Source: Piromyces finnis finn (Eukaryota; Fungi; Neocallimastigomycota). Taken from it: 64,000 nucleotides of DNA. The stretch lies in NCBI GenBank assembly GCA_002104945.1, contig MCFH01000011.1, positions 992,001 through 1,056,000 of the forward strand, read 5' to 3'. The notes under the pieces are model-generated. The model was not told the origin of the DNA and made no database searches. It saw only the letters and a list, made by a program, of their open reading frames with translations. Positions 22,260 through 36,364 of this stretch are shown here, one piece after another (position 1 is the stretch's first letter; every line of letters begins with the position of its first letter). The translations under genes were made by a program, and so were the position numbers.

Positions 22260-24120
22260 AATAATAATGATAATACTAAAATTTTCCTTTGTTTTATCGT
22301 ATATCAATGCTTGCCATAAGACTTCAGGAGACGAAGTTTAATTTCGGCGGAGGCATCTTGATACGTGATAAAATTATATAGTTAAAAATATTAAATTTAT
22401 ATAGTTATTTTTAAGGGTTAGCAATTATTTAAGAAAAATAATAATTTAATCTATTATTGAATAACCAATAAAATATTATAAAAATTTTATATAAAAATAA
22501 CAAAAATTCACTTTTATTAAGAAAGGAGAGTTCTTTGATAAATATAATTAATTATTGAGAATTTTTATATCTGTTTTAACTAAAAATATTTTTTATATTA
22601 AATATATAAATGTACTTAAAATTATTTTTATTAATAAAATAAAAGAGAAAGTTACAAATAAGATTTTTTTTTTTTTTGTTTAATCCTTTTTTTTTCTTAT
22701 ATTCAAATACTTTGTGTATAAATTGTTAAAAATAATAAAAGTAAAAGCAAAATAATTAATAACACTAAAAAATAATTATTAGTTATAATATAAATAAATA
22801 TACAAATAATCATTTTTTTTATTCTTTTATTAGAATATATTATTTTGTATAAATCCCTTTTGTTCGACTCCTGGAAATAAAATAAATAATTAAATTTATG
22901 GTATTATTAAATAATACGTACCATTAACAATAAGGAATAATGATATAACGTTTTTATTATTAAAATAGCTTAACCATTTGTCAAGAATAGAAGACGATTA
23001 AAAAATAAATTAAATATTCAAATAAACAATTTAAAAATCAAATTTATATTTCAAAAATTATAAAACACTTTTAAAAATAATTAAAAAGATCACTTGGAAA
23101 AATTTAATATTGAAAAGGGTTAAGGATCACAAAAATTTAATTTTCAATAAATTAACCCTTGAGAAGAAAATGTACTATACGAAACTAGTGATAACTTCTG
23201 AATCTCGTGTCCTATTTTCCTTTTCTAGAGAATTCAAATTAATTTTATTAGAAAGTACTAGTCGAGATCTATATTCTCACAAATTTTCAGCTAATTTAGA
23301 CCACTAGTTCTTGAGATATAGCTATTTAAAAAATTAATTAGTTCCAATAAATACATATTAAAATGATTAATATTAATTTATATAATTAAAGTCATTATTC
23401 AAGTCATCCAACTTGCTATAAATAATTCAATTTAAAAATTCTCCATTATTATTAAATAAGGTTAGATAATAAATATTCTTGATTACAAACCTAATCAATT
23501 ATAAAAATTAATTAATAATTTTTCAAATAATTTTGATTAATAACCTCAATCATAATCAAACCAAAAAAGCCTTGGATCAAAAATCATTAGTTATAATTAT
23601 TAATTAATTAATCATGAGAATATATAATTAGTATCAGTAATTGTTATTCTCAATTTATAATATTAAATATTTACAATTTAAAATGGTTAAAACAATACTT
23701 TTATTTTAAAAGTAATTTAAAAGATTAATCTTAAGATCTATCATATGAATTCATATTATTAATATCAATATCAATTATTAATATTTTAATTTAAAATTAT
23801 TTTATTTTTATCTTTATTATTAATATCAATATTAATATCAATGTAATTTTATTATATGTAAGAAAAAAGTATTTAAACAAAGAATTGAAATCAATTTTGA
23901 AATTCTTTGTAAGATTATTAATTATTAATTATTAACTATAATATAACTTAACAAATATTATCTTAATAAAAAATAATTAATAAACAAATTTCATAATTAA
24001 ATTATATTAAAATTTTTATTTTAAATATAAAAACCTATTTAATTTCTAAATTAGTATTATTTAAATTCTTTAATAAGTTCTGAAGAAAAGATTTAATAAT
24101 AAATAAGTTTAATATTTAAT

Positions 24121-24618
24121 TGGTAAATTAAGTTATATTATATAAAACATTCTGACCAAGTTACATACCAATCCTAGCCCACTTTACACCATTTATCATT
24201 ATTATCATATTTAAGTTAACTAAATTTTTAATTAATAAATTAATATTATTTATCTAAGTGTAAATATTTTAATTAAATTTTATTTTTATTAAATTGAACT
24301 AATATTATATTCTAAATTAAACTTATTTTTAAACTATTAAACTATATTATTTTATAAATTAAACAACTTATTAATTATTTTTATTGTTTAGTTATTAAAA
24401 TATCTTTTATTTATTAAGATTTTAATGTATTTTTTTTGTTTATTTCCGAAATTAATAATTAAAAGTATTGATAATTGATATTAAACTTTAAATGTATAAA
24501 TTTATATAAAATAAAAAGAGAAGTTCTAATAAAAACGATATACCAGAAAAATAAAAATAAAAATAAGTATTAAAATTCAAATATTTATTATTCCCTATTA
24601 TTTAACAGAACCTTACCA
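24121..24618. mobile_element. Solo LTR family J (498 bp)
   Basis: TGGTAA..TTACCA inverted termini. TSD TTAAT is recovered after removing LTR D. A related fragment lies at ~38040-38090. Confidence 0.65.
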
Positions 24619-24622
24619 TTAA

Positions 24623-25354
24623 TGATACGCTACTCACATAAAAACATAATAAAAACTAGCTGAATAAACACAACTTAACCCATAGTAACTTATAATAAAA
24701 ATAAAACAATAATAACAATTCTAAAGATAAAATACAGAACTCTTTTATGTTTCTGTATAAAATGAGTGTTTATAATAATTGATACTTTTAATATTTTAAT
24801 TTTGTTATATTTTTATTTTAATTTTATTTTAATTTTATTTTAATATTATTTTAATTTTAAATCTTAATTATTTTATTCAAGGTATTATACATTTAATGAT
24901 AGTCAATGATAATTTATAATAATTTTTCTAAATTTAAACATTTTGAAGTAATAAGAAAATCAAATAAGTAATATTCTATAATATTTTATAATACTAAGAC
25001 ATAATTTTAATTTATTCTTTTAATTTTAATTAATAATAACAATAGTAATAATAATATTTAATAGTTAAAAATGAAAATGTATAAAAGGAAGATAAAATTC
25101 TTCTTTATAAAGGGGCGGACAATAAATAGAGAATAAAAAGGGACAATAAATAGATAATAAATAAATTATAAAATATAATAAAGATTTAATTTAAAACATA
25201 ATAAGAGTTTATTTTCGAGTTTTGAGTGATTTATTTGTTAATTATAAAACATATTTTATTTTATTTTAAATTTATTGTTTCATTATAATAATATAGAATT
25301 TATTATTTATTAAAAAACATTATATTATTCAAAAATATATCGGTCAACGCATCA
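24623..25354 (+). mobile_element. Solo LTR family D (related to the LTR of element I)
   Basis: TGATACGC..CGCATCA, 4-bp TSD TTAA; homologous to 61437-62536. Confidence 0.88.
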
Positions 25355-25409
25355 TTAATGTGTAGTAATTTTATTATAATATTTATATTAAATAGTATAA
25401 TACAATTAC

Positions 25410-26438
25410 TGTTACGAATACTAGTGGAATCTGCAATTTCAAGATCACTTGAAATTGTGAAATTACTTATAAAATTTCAAAATCAATAATATTTTATTTT
25501 CAAAGAAATTATAAAATTATATTAAGAAATATTTAAAAAATTTATAAAAGGTTAAGATATGACCTTAACCCTTAATAATTTTATAAAAAATAACTTTAAC
25601 CCTTATCGTCAAAATTAAATAAGGGAAAACACGTGTATCTCCTTAACGAATGGCGATTTTGGATAATTGTGTTTTGGGAGATTGTGGGTTCGTTAGAAAG
25701 CCACGCTTGAGATAAACAACATATCTTAAAATCAGGTCGATATCTCTGCTGGTTCACGAGATATTCCAATTTAAAGATATTTTGTTAGTAATGATTAATT
25801 GTTTATTCAGAGAATGATCACCCCTGATGTATTGAACATAAATCATTCACCCAAAAGGATATAAATTATTGTTTTAATTAAATTAAAATTATTTTCCGGA
25901 ATTAATTAACTTTATTTTATAATAATTATTTCAATAACATAACTTATAATCTTTGAATTAAAAGATTATAATTATTAATATTATATTCAATGAATTATAT
26001 TATAATTAAGAAATAATTAATATTATGGATATATAAACAATAGTTATTTTTAATAATTAGTAATAGGTCTTAAGTTTAGCCTTAGTATTATAAAATATAT
26101 TATAAAAATAATTATATATTAAAAAGTTATTTTATTATTAAATGTAAAATTACAAATAGTATAAATAGTTTAGAATAGTTTTATGAAATTAAATCCTTGT
26201 AAAGATTATTACCTTATTAATACTTAATAAGTATTACTATTAAATAATCTCATTATTATATATATTCTTTAAATAAAATAAAAAGAAATTATTTTAACTA
26301 TAATACATAATTTAATTATTCATTTATAAAACAATTAAGATTATTTTAATAAAATATTTTTTCTAACCTAGTTATCTTTAATCTTTTATTTAATTTAATA
26401 TTTTAATATTAAATTATAAGTTTAATAAAACTTTTACA
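25410..26438 (-). mobile_element. Solo LTR family A
   Basis: Reverse complement of the 37000-38027 unit, TSD ATTAC. Confidence 0.92.
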
Positions 26439-26607
26439 ATTACTTGTCGATAACTCAATATTAAAATTTAATATTAAATTATATGTATATGGAAAGAAAT
26501 AATAAAAAATTAAATATGAAATTAAAAAACTAGAACTTAACGAGTTTATTATAAGGATTTATAATAAACAACAAAAAACACAAATGGGAAGAGGGATGAG
26601 AATAAAA

Positions 26608-27267
26608 TGTATAATATAAGAATTATGTTTTATTAATAATATGATCTTTTATTAATTAATTTTTATTAAATAAAATTATTTGTTATTTATTATAATTAAT
26701 TTTTCTTATAATAATAACTCTTGAATTCTAAAGAATTTCAAGAGTGTTTATTTATATTTTTATTAAAAAATAAGGTTAAATAAATGAGTTCTAATCTTAA
26801 CAAATAAAATGTTTAGGAAAAGATTAAAAGAAAAACCTAAACAAGTTTTCAACCAATATTCTAATCATATTGGTCATCGTGTAAATTTTAAGTAAAACCA
26901 ATTATTTGTAATAATAATCGGAAAAACCTTAAAATACCGATTTCCTAAAGTAAATCCGTGTTTAGATATAACAGGTAAATTAATTAGTAATATATAATTA
27001 AAGGGTAAAATTACGGATTTTTGTATATAAATATTATTTAAAAATCAAATGAACAAATTATTATTTAATTAAATAAATTAAATAAATTATATAAATATAT
27101 GAAATATATTTAACTAAATAAATTAAATAAAGTATCTGAATGTATACATTATATTTAACTAAATAAATTAAATAAATAATTTAAGTGTATAAAATATTAT
27201 TAACTAAATTATTAAACTAATAAGAAATATTAATTATTTAGATTGAAATAATTATTATTTCTTACAT
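26608..27267 (-). mobile_element. Degenerate solo LTR family F
   Basis: Shares internal motifs with 13741-14361 and ends TTCTTACA. Flanks TAAAA/TAAAG; left boundary uncertain. Confidence 0.55.
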
Positions 27268-27774
27268 AAAGATAAAGAATGAAATTTATAAATAATGAAT
27301 TAATAGAATAGCTGATTTTAAGATTATATAAACTTAAATATAAATTAAAATAATAGTAAATAATCAAAATAATATAAAATATAAATGTTTAATTAAATTT
27401 TAAAAATGTAAAATATAAACAACTTTTGTTTATAAACAAACTTAAATGTAATTATTTATTATAAATAGAAATAGAAAATATTATTTTTAAAGATTGTTAC
27501 TAATTAGCCAGGAAAATTAGAATATTTTAAAATTAATATATTTTTTTTTATAATACATAGCGAGATGTATTATACATTTATTTTAAATAAATAAACTAAT
27601 ATTATAAAACAAGATGTATTTTTAAAACTTTAAATTATATTTAATAGTTATATAAACTTGTAGAATGAGCAAGTAAAAATAAATCATTCAATTACACACA
27701 AATATACCACTTTCTAAACTTATTTAGAATTAAGGTATATTTGAACGTGTGTCATTTTTTTGATAAATAATAAT

Positions 27775-28589
27775 TGTAAAATATTCTATACTACAGTTCA
27801 GGTTTGTATACACTAAATTAAACTAACACAAACTATGTTTTATTTTTAATAATACTTTTATTTATTTTAAACTATATTAACAACCGTTGATTACTTTACC
27901 GTGAAGGTTATTTTACCAGAGCCCTCACTAGATAATCAATTAATAATTCTTATTATTAAAAAAAACAATTAAACTAATTATTAACTAATGTTAATTTATC
28001 TATACTAAATTAACCTATACGATTTTCCAACTATCGTTTCAATAGTTGAAAAATTTTCTTTATTTATACCTTTTAAATAAATTGAATAAATTCTAATATA
28101 CATGTTTTAATATTATAATTTTACATTGTTTACATTTATACATTTATTAAAAGAAATTATTTGTATTAAACTATTTAAATTCAATTTATTTACTAAAGAA
28201 TTTTCTAAACTTAAAATAAAGTTTTGATTTATTTACTATATGGTTGATTATATTTCAAACATATATTCAATTTATTTATTTCTAATTTTGAGGCTTAGTT
28301 TATAAAATAAATTTTTATTATCTAAAATATTTATTGGTTTAAAATTATTTAATTTAAAATTTTATTTTATCATCAAAAACTTTATCTTATCATAAAATTA
28401 TATTTTACATAAATTTATGTTAATGTATTGTGATATAAATTTTTGTAATTAAAAAATAAAATTTACATAAATTTATGTTAACGTATTGTGATATAAATTT
28501 TATAAAAATTTACGGTACATTAATTTACTACATTATACATTATTTTAAATAAGTATTAATACATTGTTCTATTAATACAATATTTTACA
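27775..28589 (-). mobile_element. Solo LTR of the element M family (family N)
   Basis: 11-bp TIR TGTAAAATATT..AATATTTTACA, TSD ATAAT; homologous to 51346-52121. Confidence 0.92.
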
Positions 28590-28699
28590 ATAATTATAAA
28601 TATATTATAAATTTGATATTAGTTGAAAATTTTATTATAAAAATAATTATTAAATAATTTTATATAGTTTATTATAAAAAATATAATTTACATAAAATC

Positions 28700-29426
28700 T
28701 GTAAAAATTTTAAAATTTAAAACAGATTATAAAATTTTTTACAATAAAACAAAAACACTAAATAAAATAAAAAATTAAAAACAAAACAAAATTTATTTAT
28801 ATCCTCTTTTATTTATTCTTATTTAGTTATTAACTAAACTATAGTCAATAACAATTACATCGTTTAACTATGAAATTTTACATGTATTTATATTTTTTAC
28901 AAATTATATTTTAATATACTATTCTATTTAATTATACATATATTCAATATAAAATAAACAAAACTAATTTAATACTAATTTAATTAAATAATAAAATAAT
29001 AAAACTAAACTAAAACTAATTAAATACACTTTTGATTCAATTTGAGTAAACTACAAATTGAATACAGTCCATGTATTACCTATATATTAATTAAATATTA
29101 ATAATACTATTTATTATATATTTGCTATTAAAAAAATACTAATTTAAAACTACGCTAAAGTTATTAAACTATTTTTAATTAAATAAGAACTTTTTAAGAT
29201 TTAATTTGAATATTTAAAATATTTAAATTTCATTATCCATTAATTTAAATATTTATCCAAATTTCATTTCCAATTTTGATATTTTAAAATTAATATTTAT
29301 TTAATTATTCCTTAAAATTTATATAATAAATTTTATAAATAATTTTTCATTAAAATATCAAAATTATTATTTAATAATTATTAATTAATTATTAAATAAT
29401 TTAAAGATATATATTATATCTTTACA
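28700..29426 (-). mobile_element. Solo LTR family C
   Basis: TGTAAAAA..CTTTACA, TSD AAATC. Confidence 0.9.
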
Positions 29427-29523
29427 AAATCAAATATTTTATAAATTTATATATTTGATTGGGTTAAATTATAAAAAATAGTTTTTAATATAAAGAATAA
29501 TAATAATTTTTAATAGAAAATAA

Positions 29524-30138
29524 TGTAATGTTGACACTAAAAGAATAGATTAGGATATCTATTCTATTACAATAACACTAAATTTAAAATAAAAGTAAAA
29601 ATTGTTTTATTAAAAATATCTTTTATTATAATAGAAATTTTATTAATAACAATTACATTGATAAAATGATGAAAAATATCTTCTATTTATATTTTTCCTA
29701 AATACATTTATATTATATTATAACTATTTATTTAAAATATATTATTATTTAAAACCTGCACTAAAATCTTAATTATTAATAGAATATTTAAACTATAACT
29801 ATTTTAGTAAAATTAAATAGGCAATTCAAGTCAAATACTATTTAATTTGAATATGTGCCCATGTATTATTTATATATTAATCATTTATTATTTATATACT
29901 ATTCATCTTTTTCTATCAAAAACAATACTAAAACTAAGAAATTAAATTGAGAAATTTAATTTATTTGTAAAACATTAAAAATAAATTAATAATTTATTTT
30001 GTTTCAAACTTTAATTATTAATAAATAAATTATGTCTCATTTTCTTTTTCTGTAATATAAATTGTGTAACTTAAACAATAATACTTGTGGCTAAAGTTAC
30101 ATTAAAGATATCAAACAGAGGCGTTTGATATCTTTACA
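29524..30138 (-). mobile_element. Solo LTR family B
   Basis: Reverse complement of the LTR B unit, TSD AATAA. Confidence 0.92.
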
Positions 30139-30443
30139 AATAAGAAGACTTAGATTATTAATAATAAGTAAAATTTTTAATAATAATTAATATAGTTAAT
30201 TAAATAATACATAATAATATTTAGAAGACAAAAATAAGTTTTTATATAATAAAAATTATTGTTAAAAAGAGTGTAAAAACAATAAATAAAAGAAAATATA
30301 AAAATAAAATTAAACTTGTCTAATTTGTGATTATTGTGTTAATAATAAATAATATTTTATAGAATAAATCTGGTGTTATTATTCTATATAAATATTATTA
30401 AAATAATAAAACTATTAAAATTATAAAACAAATTAAATCTATT

Positions 30444-31112
30444 TGTAAAAGTTTTATAAATGTAAAACAGATTATAAAATTTTTTACAATAAAACAACAA
30501 CACAAAATAAAGAAAAAACAAGAAAATAAATTATATTTAAAAAAAATATCTCTTTTTATTAATTTTATTTAGTTATTAACTAAATAATAGTCAATAACAA
30601 TTACATTGTTTTAATCAAGAAATTTTACATGTATTTATATTTTTTGTAAATTGTATTTTAATATACTATTCTATTTAATTATACATATATTCAATATAAA
30701 ATAAACAAAACTAATTTAATACTAATTTAATTAAATAATAAAATGAATAAACTAAACTAAAACTAATAAAATACACTTTTGATTCAATTTGAGTAAACTG
30801 CAAATTGAATACAGTCCATGTATTACCTATATATTAATTAAATATTAATAATACTATTTATTATATATTTATAATTAAAAATGCTAATTTCAAACTACGC
30901 TAAAGTTATTAAACTAATTTTAATTAAATAAAAACTTTTTAAGATTTAATTTGAATATTTAAAATATTTAAATTTAATTATCCATTAATTTAAATATTTA
31001 TCCAAATTCCATTTCTAACTTTGATATTTTAAAATTAATCTTTATTTAATTATTATTCAATAATTATTAATTAATTATTAAATAATTTAAAGATATACTT
31101 TATATCTTTACA
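30444..31112 (-). mobile_element. LTR family C with non-matching flanks, abutting the truncated RT of element H
   Basis: Homologous to 28700-29426; flanks CTATT vs ATTAC. Confidence 0.85.
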
Positions 31113-33884
31113 ATTACAAAGTCCAAAAGGCATAACTTGGAAATTAAAATTACCATATATGGTATATGGTAGTGAAGCAAGTTATATCTCTATCATCAGG
31201 ATGCATAGGTATTTGATGATAACCAGAGAATAAATCAATAGTAGATAAAATAGTAGCATTACCCACATAGTATAAAATATCATCAATCAAAGGAAGTGAA
31301 TATGCATCTTTTATAGTGCAATTATTCACCTTTCTATAGTCAACACACATTCTTATTTGATTATTTTTCTTAGGTACTAAAACTACTGGAGATGACCATG
31401 ACGAACTAGAAGGAACAATTAATTTATTATCAATAAGCTTAATTAACTCATTTTTTAATGCATCAGCTTGCACTTTAGATAATCTATAAGCACGTTGTTT
31501 AATAGGTTGGGTTCCAGGAACTAAATTTATTCTATGTGGCATTAATTTAGAATGACCTAAATCATCTGTCTTTATTGCCACTACATCGCTATACTCAGAA
31601 AATAGTTGTTTTATATTATTCCTACTAGAAATAGGTATTTCATCTATTATTTCATTTATAATAAGTTGCTTCTTATTATCACCACTATTAGAAATATTAG
31701 AAGTAGTATCTTCTTTAACAATTGATATAAAAACAGGAAGAGGACTAGAACAGGAATTTTCAAATAAAATATTATTATCAGATATAGAAATATTTTTAGT
31801 AGTAATATTATTAGGAACATAAGATATATTACTTTCACAATTATCTATAAAATCAGAAACTCTTAAATTGGAAATTTTATCAGAGGCATTATTAATAGAA
31901 CACACATTATTAAACTTATTCAACTCGTACTCTATATAGTTTTTATCATCATCTTTATTAATATTATTTGAATTATTAAAATTTACATCATAAAGTAAAG
32001 GTGCTAATTTAATACATTCATTATTATTATTAACATGTAATAAAGAATCGTCAACTAAATTTAAAATAAAATTATTTCTTTTCAATGTAGCAATTCCAAC
32101 AAGTACATCAAAGATATCATCTTTTTCTACCTCTCTAAAGTGATCTGTAAATGTGTGATTTCCTATTGTAATCTTAAGTTCATAGATATTTGAATCAATA
32201 GAACTATTTGAGTAAACTTGAAATATTTTTTCAGATACTCTACCAACTGATAATTTCTTGATATTGAATTTCTTTAATGCAGCAGTAGTAATTAGGTTAC
32301 ACTAGCACAAGAGTCTAAGAATATTTCCGCTGGTCGATTTTCTATAAATCCATTAACCTTAATGACTTTATGACTTCCAATAACAGTCATAACATTTATT
32401 AAAGATTTCTTATCAATTTCTTTTAATTTCAGAGCTTTAATAAATTCGGATCTAAATTTCGGGAATAAGTCTAAAAGATAACCTAACTTTGTTACTACAT
32501 CAGTAGAGGCAACTTCTTTTATCAAATCATTAATTTTGAAATCATCAATTAATTCCATCATTTTAATATGTTTTTCTAATTTTGGATTACTAGTTTTACT
32601 CAGAGATTGGGTTTCATTCATACTATCATTTAAGTTATTCTTCATTTCATTTAATTTTTCTTGTTTACTTAATTTTTTTGCATTTGAAATATTGGGTTTA
32701 TTAATAACAGACAAATCTAAGTAATTTAATTTATTTGTGTTATTATTATCATTAGTAGTTTCTAAGGTTTTGTCAATTTTGTTATTTTCTTCGTTAATAT
32801 TATCATCTAAACCTAATATTTCTGATTCTTTAATTGGTATCACATCCTCAGAAAATGATACCTGTTTTCCCTTCTTTGTATTATTATCTGGACTTTTATT
32901 TTCATCCATAATATTGGTTTCAATATTTTCCTCTAATGCTGTATCTTCATCCATAGCTACGCTTTTATTATTTTTATTGTTATTCATTTTTCGTTTAGCT
33001 AATTTTAAAACAGGTATGCTAAAAGGAATAGGGTTTTCTTTTAACTTTCTTTCGGAATCCTTATATGGAGTTAGTCGATTAGGTTTATTTGATTTTTCAT
33101 TCTTTTGTGCGACTGCTACTACTTCTTCCTTCATGTTGAGATTACTAAATTTATTGTAATTACTTTCTTTTATATTTCTATTATTAAATTCGTTATCATA
33201 ATGATTTTTCCTAGTCTTCTCATATGTTTTATTATTTTTATGATACTCATATTCATCATCATCATCATTATTGGTATTTATATTATTTTTATCACCATTA
33301 ATAATATTATTACTGTTATGAATATCATTATTTGTATAAATACCACCATCATTATGAATATTATTATTATTATTATCATTTTCATTATAAAATTCCTCAT
33401 TATTATAAATATTCTTATTGTTATAAATATTATTTTTATTATAAATATCATTATTATTATAAATATTGTTATCATAAATCATATCATTGTTTTTATAACT
33501 CTCAGTATCATTATTAATACCCGCATTATGACTATTGACATAAACATCATTATTATAAGTATCGTTATTAATATAAACATTATCATTATTATAAATATTA
33601 TCATTATAAATATTATTATTATATATATTATTATTATTGTCATAAATATCATAATTATTTTGATTATAAGCATAATCATTTATACCGTTATCATTATTGC
33701 TATTATCATTATAAAATGATTTGGTTTCATCAAATTTATTAGTGTCACTGTTAACAAACATAATATTTTCATTTATTTTATCATTATTATTATTGTTATT
33801 TAAAGAAGTTTTATTTGAATTAAAACAAATATCTGAATTGATTTGATTACTGGGAGTTATCCTTCTCCCATAATCTAGTTTAAA
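31113..33884 (-). pseudogene. pol: Pol remnant of element H (N-rich spacer, protease, partial RT)
   Basis: ORFs 32292-33761 (FLDSCAS) and 31150-32085 (PIKQRAYR, CVDYR, DLFSGYHQ). Broken by a 1-nt deletion near 32295 and a 7-nt duplication near 31160. Confidence 0.88.
33851..33884 (-). promoter_or_regulatory. -1 ribosomal frameshift signal (element H)
   Basis: T TTA AAC just before the gag stop, 7-nt spacer, hairpin TGGGAG-AAGGATAA-CTCCCA; the pol ORF is in the -1 frame. Confidence 0.8.
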
Positions 33885-35347
33885 TTATTTGATTCAGGTG
33901 GATTGTTTAAATTAATTTTGGTTGCTTTATTGTAATTATGTTCTGGTAAATTCTTATTATAATAATTATTATAATATTGATTATTTAATTGATTTGGGTA
34001 ATTATTATTAATATCGTTCCTGTTATCACTATCACTAATGTTATTCTTCATATTATTCTCATTGATATTACTGACATTATTAAATGCATTATTGTTCATT
34101 GTGTTGTTTTTATTATAATAACTATTAAAACCATTATTATAATATCCATTATATCCAATATTATTATTATTATAATTATTGTAGCTATTAATATTATTAC
34201 TTTCATTATAATTATAATTTCCACTTGGATTAAAATTACCTTTCTTATAATCATTATTGGTGTACATATAATTATTATTCATATTATTATATTTATTTGT
34301 ATGATAATAATCCATATAATTATTTTCATTAATGTTTCTATTACCCTTTTAGGTGTTGTTATTAGTATTAGTACTAGTATTAGTATTGAATCCATTTAAA
34401 TAACTATTATTGTTGTAATTATTGTTGTCATAATCATTATATAAATTTCCATATCTATTATAAGAATTTCTTTGGTTATTAAATTGATTAAAATTATTTC
34501 TATTATTTCTATTATTTCTTTCTCTTTTATTTGGACATTCACTAGCTTTATGTCCCATTTGCTTGCAATAGTAGCATTTGATACTCCTGAAGTTACTATT
34601 ATTAAAATACACATTTTTATAATTTCTTGGGGTACCTGAATAGGATCTTCTGATAGGCTTTTCTTGTACATAATTTGAATAAGAGTTATTAAAATTGCTG
34701 TGATTAATATTATCATTATCTTCATCTACTAATCCTCTATATAACGGATGGTCTAACAGAGCATTTCGAGTATTTTTTGTATTTTGGTATACCATAGAAA
34801 TATTGTTAGTTTCAGTACTTTCTATGGTTCTTCTTTCGGCTTTCTCAGCCTTTTCAGCAACTTTAAAAGCTTCGGATAATGTTTCACATTCGGATAATAT
34901 AACTTGGGAGTGTGGATAAACTCTTTTCTTAATAGAATTTAAATAGTCATCCACAGAAATGATTTTCATAAAATCTCTTTCCAAACGGTGATAAAGAATT
35001 AAGTATTTATAGTTGAAGCTTTTTATAGTTTCATTTTGCTTAATTTTTAATGTTTTTAATACTGAACATTTATCCCCTGGCTTTATTTCCAGATAATCTT
35101 CAATGGCAGATTGTACCTCTTTATAATTAGGATACCTTTTAACGTTATTGTGAGAGGTACATAAAGATTTCAAAACGTTCTTGATATCCGCTTCAACAGC
35201 AATTTTTAACCACACAAATATTCTAGAGGGCTCCTGTATATCATGGATCTCCATGACATATATGAAATCTTCCATCCAAGAATCAATATCCTTTCCATAA
35301 TCGCAGAGGTATGGAAGGTCTCTTTTAACTTTAGTGGCGTCTACCAT
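33875..35347 (-). pseudogene. gag: Gag of element H with one in-frame stop at 34349-34351
   Basis: ORFs 34349-35347 (CYYCKQMGHKASEC) and 33875-34315 are in the same frame. Confidence 0.88.
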
Positions 35348-36364
35348 TTGAATTATTTATTTATTTTAAAATAAATTTTTATAATAACTTCTTATATTTA
35401 TTAATATTATAATTTATATATATATATATATATAATATTTGTGTATATTTAATAGTTTTATAATAGAGTTTTATTTATATAAAAGGGTTTATAATAATTA
35501 AAAAAAAAAGAATATAATTAGAATAGAAATAATACTATTATTGTTTCATATTATTCAATATTGCTACGCCCGGATTCTCCACCAAATTTTATGATGCAAT
35601 ATATTTCAAAAACACCATAAATAAAATATAATTGTGAACGTTAGCAATAGGGAATGATAGTTGAATAATATATTAGATAATATTGTATTTATTTCTATTT
35701 TATAATAATAAAAATAAATAATAAGAATAAATAATAAGAATAATAGATTTTATAATAATACAATTAAATAGATTTTGGTTTAAAGTTTCTTTATTTAATT
35801 ATTATTATTATTATGATTATAACATTAATAACATTCACTACTAGTAGAATCGAAAGTTATTATTTAATAAATATAAATAGTTAAATATAAAATGTAAATA
35901 TAAAAATATGTTGATAAAATTCTTATTAATAATAAAATATAACTTTTTGAAATAATAAAAATAAACAATAATTATTCTTTTCTTTTATAATTAATATTTT
36001 AAACTGAATTAAATATAATAAATACTAAATACGTAATTAGTAACCTAAAACTAAACTAAAATAAACTGTAACTAAAATAAAATAAAACAGAACTTATACT
36101 TAAAACTAAAATATCAAATATTATTTATAAACGAAAAGTTTTCTCCTCTTTTATATATTGTTCTTTATCACTATTTTTATATCTTTTCATTTCTTGTGTA
36201 ATTAATTATTCTAATATATGTGTAACATTTGCGTCATAATAATTTATACTAATATAGTTTAATTATTATTAACACTAGTAATTAATATACAATTTATAAA
36301 AGGATTAGATATTATTCATAAAATATTTAAAATATTATATTTTTCTATGCATCTTGTATCAGAC

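Larger units (their letters stand above)
15141..22923 (+). mobile_element. Full-length Ty3/Gypsy element I (no chromodomain), young but with two pol frameshifts
   Basis: 565-bp LTRs 15141-15705 and 22359-22923 with no difference seen by eye, 4-bp TSD TTAA, PBS at 15714, gag-PR-RT-RH-IN order. Confidence 0.95.
31113..36361 (-). mobile_element. 3'-truncated Ty3/Gypsy element H (relative of I)
   Basis: 5' LTR 35592-36361 (TGATACA..GCATCA on the minus strand), tRNA-Ala PBS 35568-35584, gag, frameshift signal, PR and the first part of RT ending at MPFGLCN. Confidence 0.9.

Noticed and set aside
21809-22358. env-like third ORF in elements I, E, L or M
   Set aside because: The regions between pol and the 3' LTR are short or low-complexity with no credible ORF.
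23040-23330. 65-aa ORF 23110-23307 as a gene
   Set aside because: TTG start, no motif, and it lies in sequence with scattered similarity to LTR A motifs (GATCACTTG, AAGGGTTAAGG, TCTCGTG). It is probably a decayed LTR, too degenerate to delimit.
32536-34725. Cluster of overlapping Ile/Tyr/Asn-rich ORFs on alternative frames and strands (also 14800-15042, 15678-15875, 21820-22005 and other short antisense ORFs)
   Set aside because: These are shadows of (AAT)n-rich gag/pol sequence or of microsatellites, with no domain motifs.
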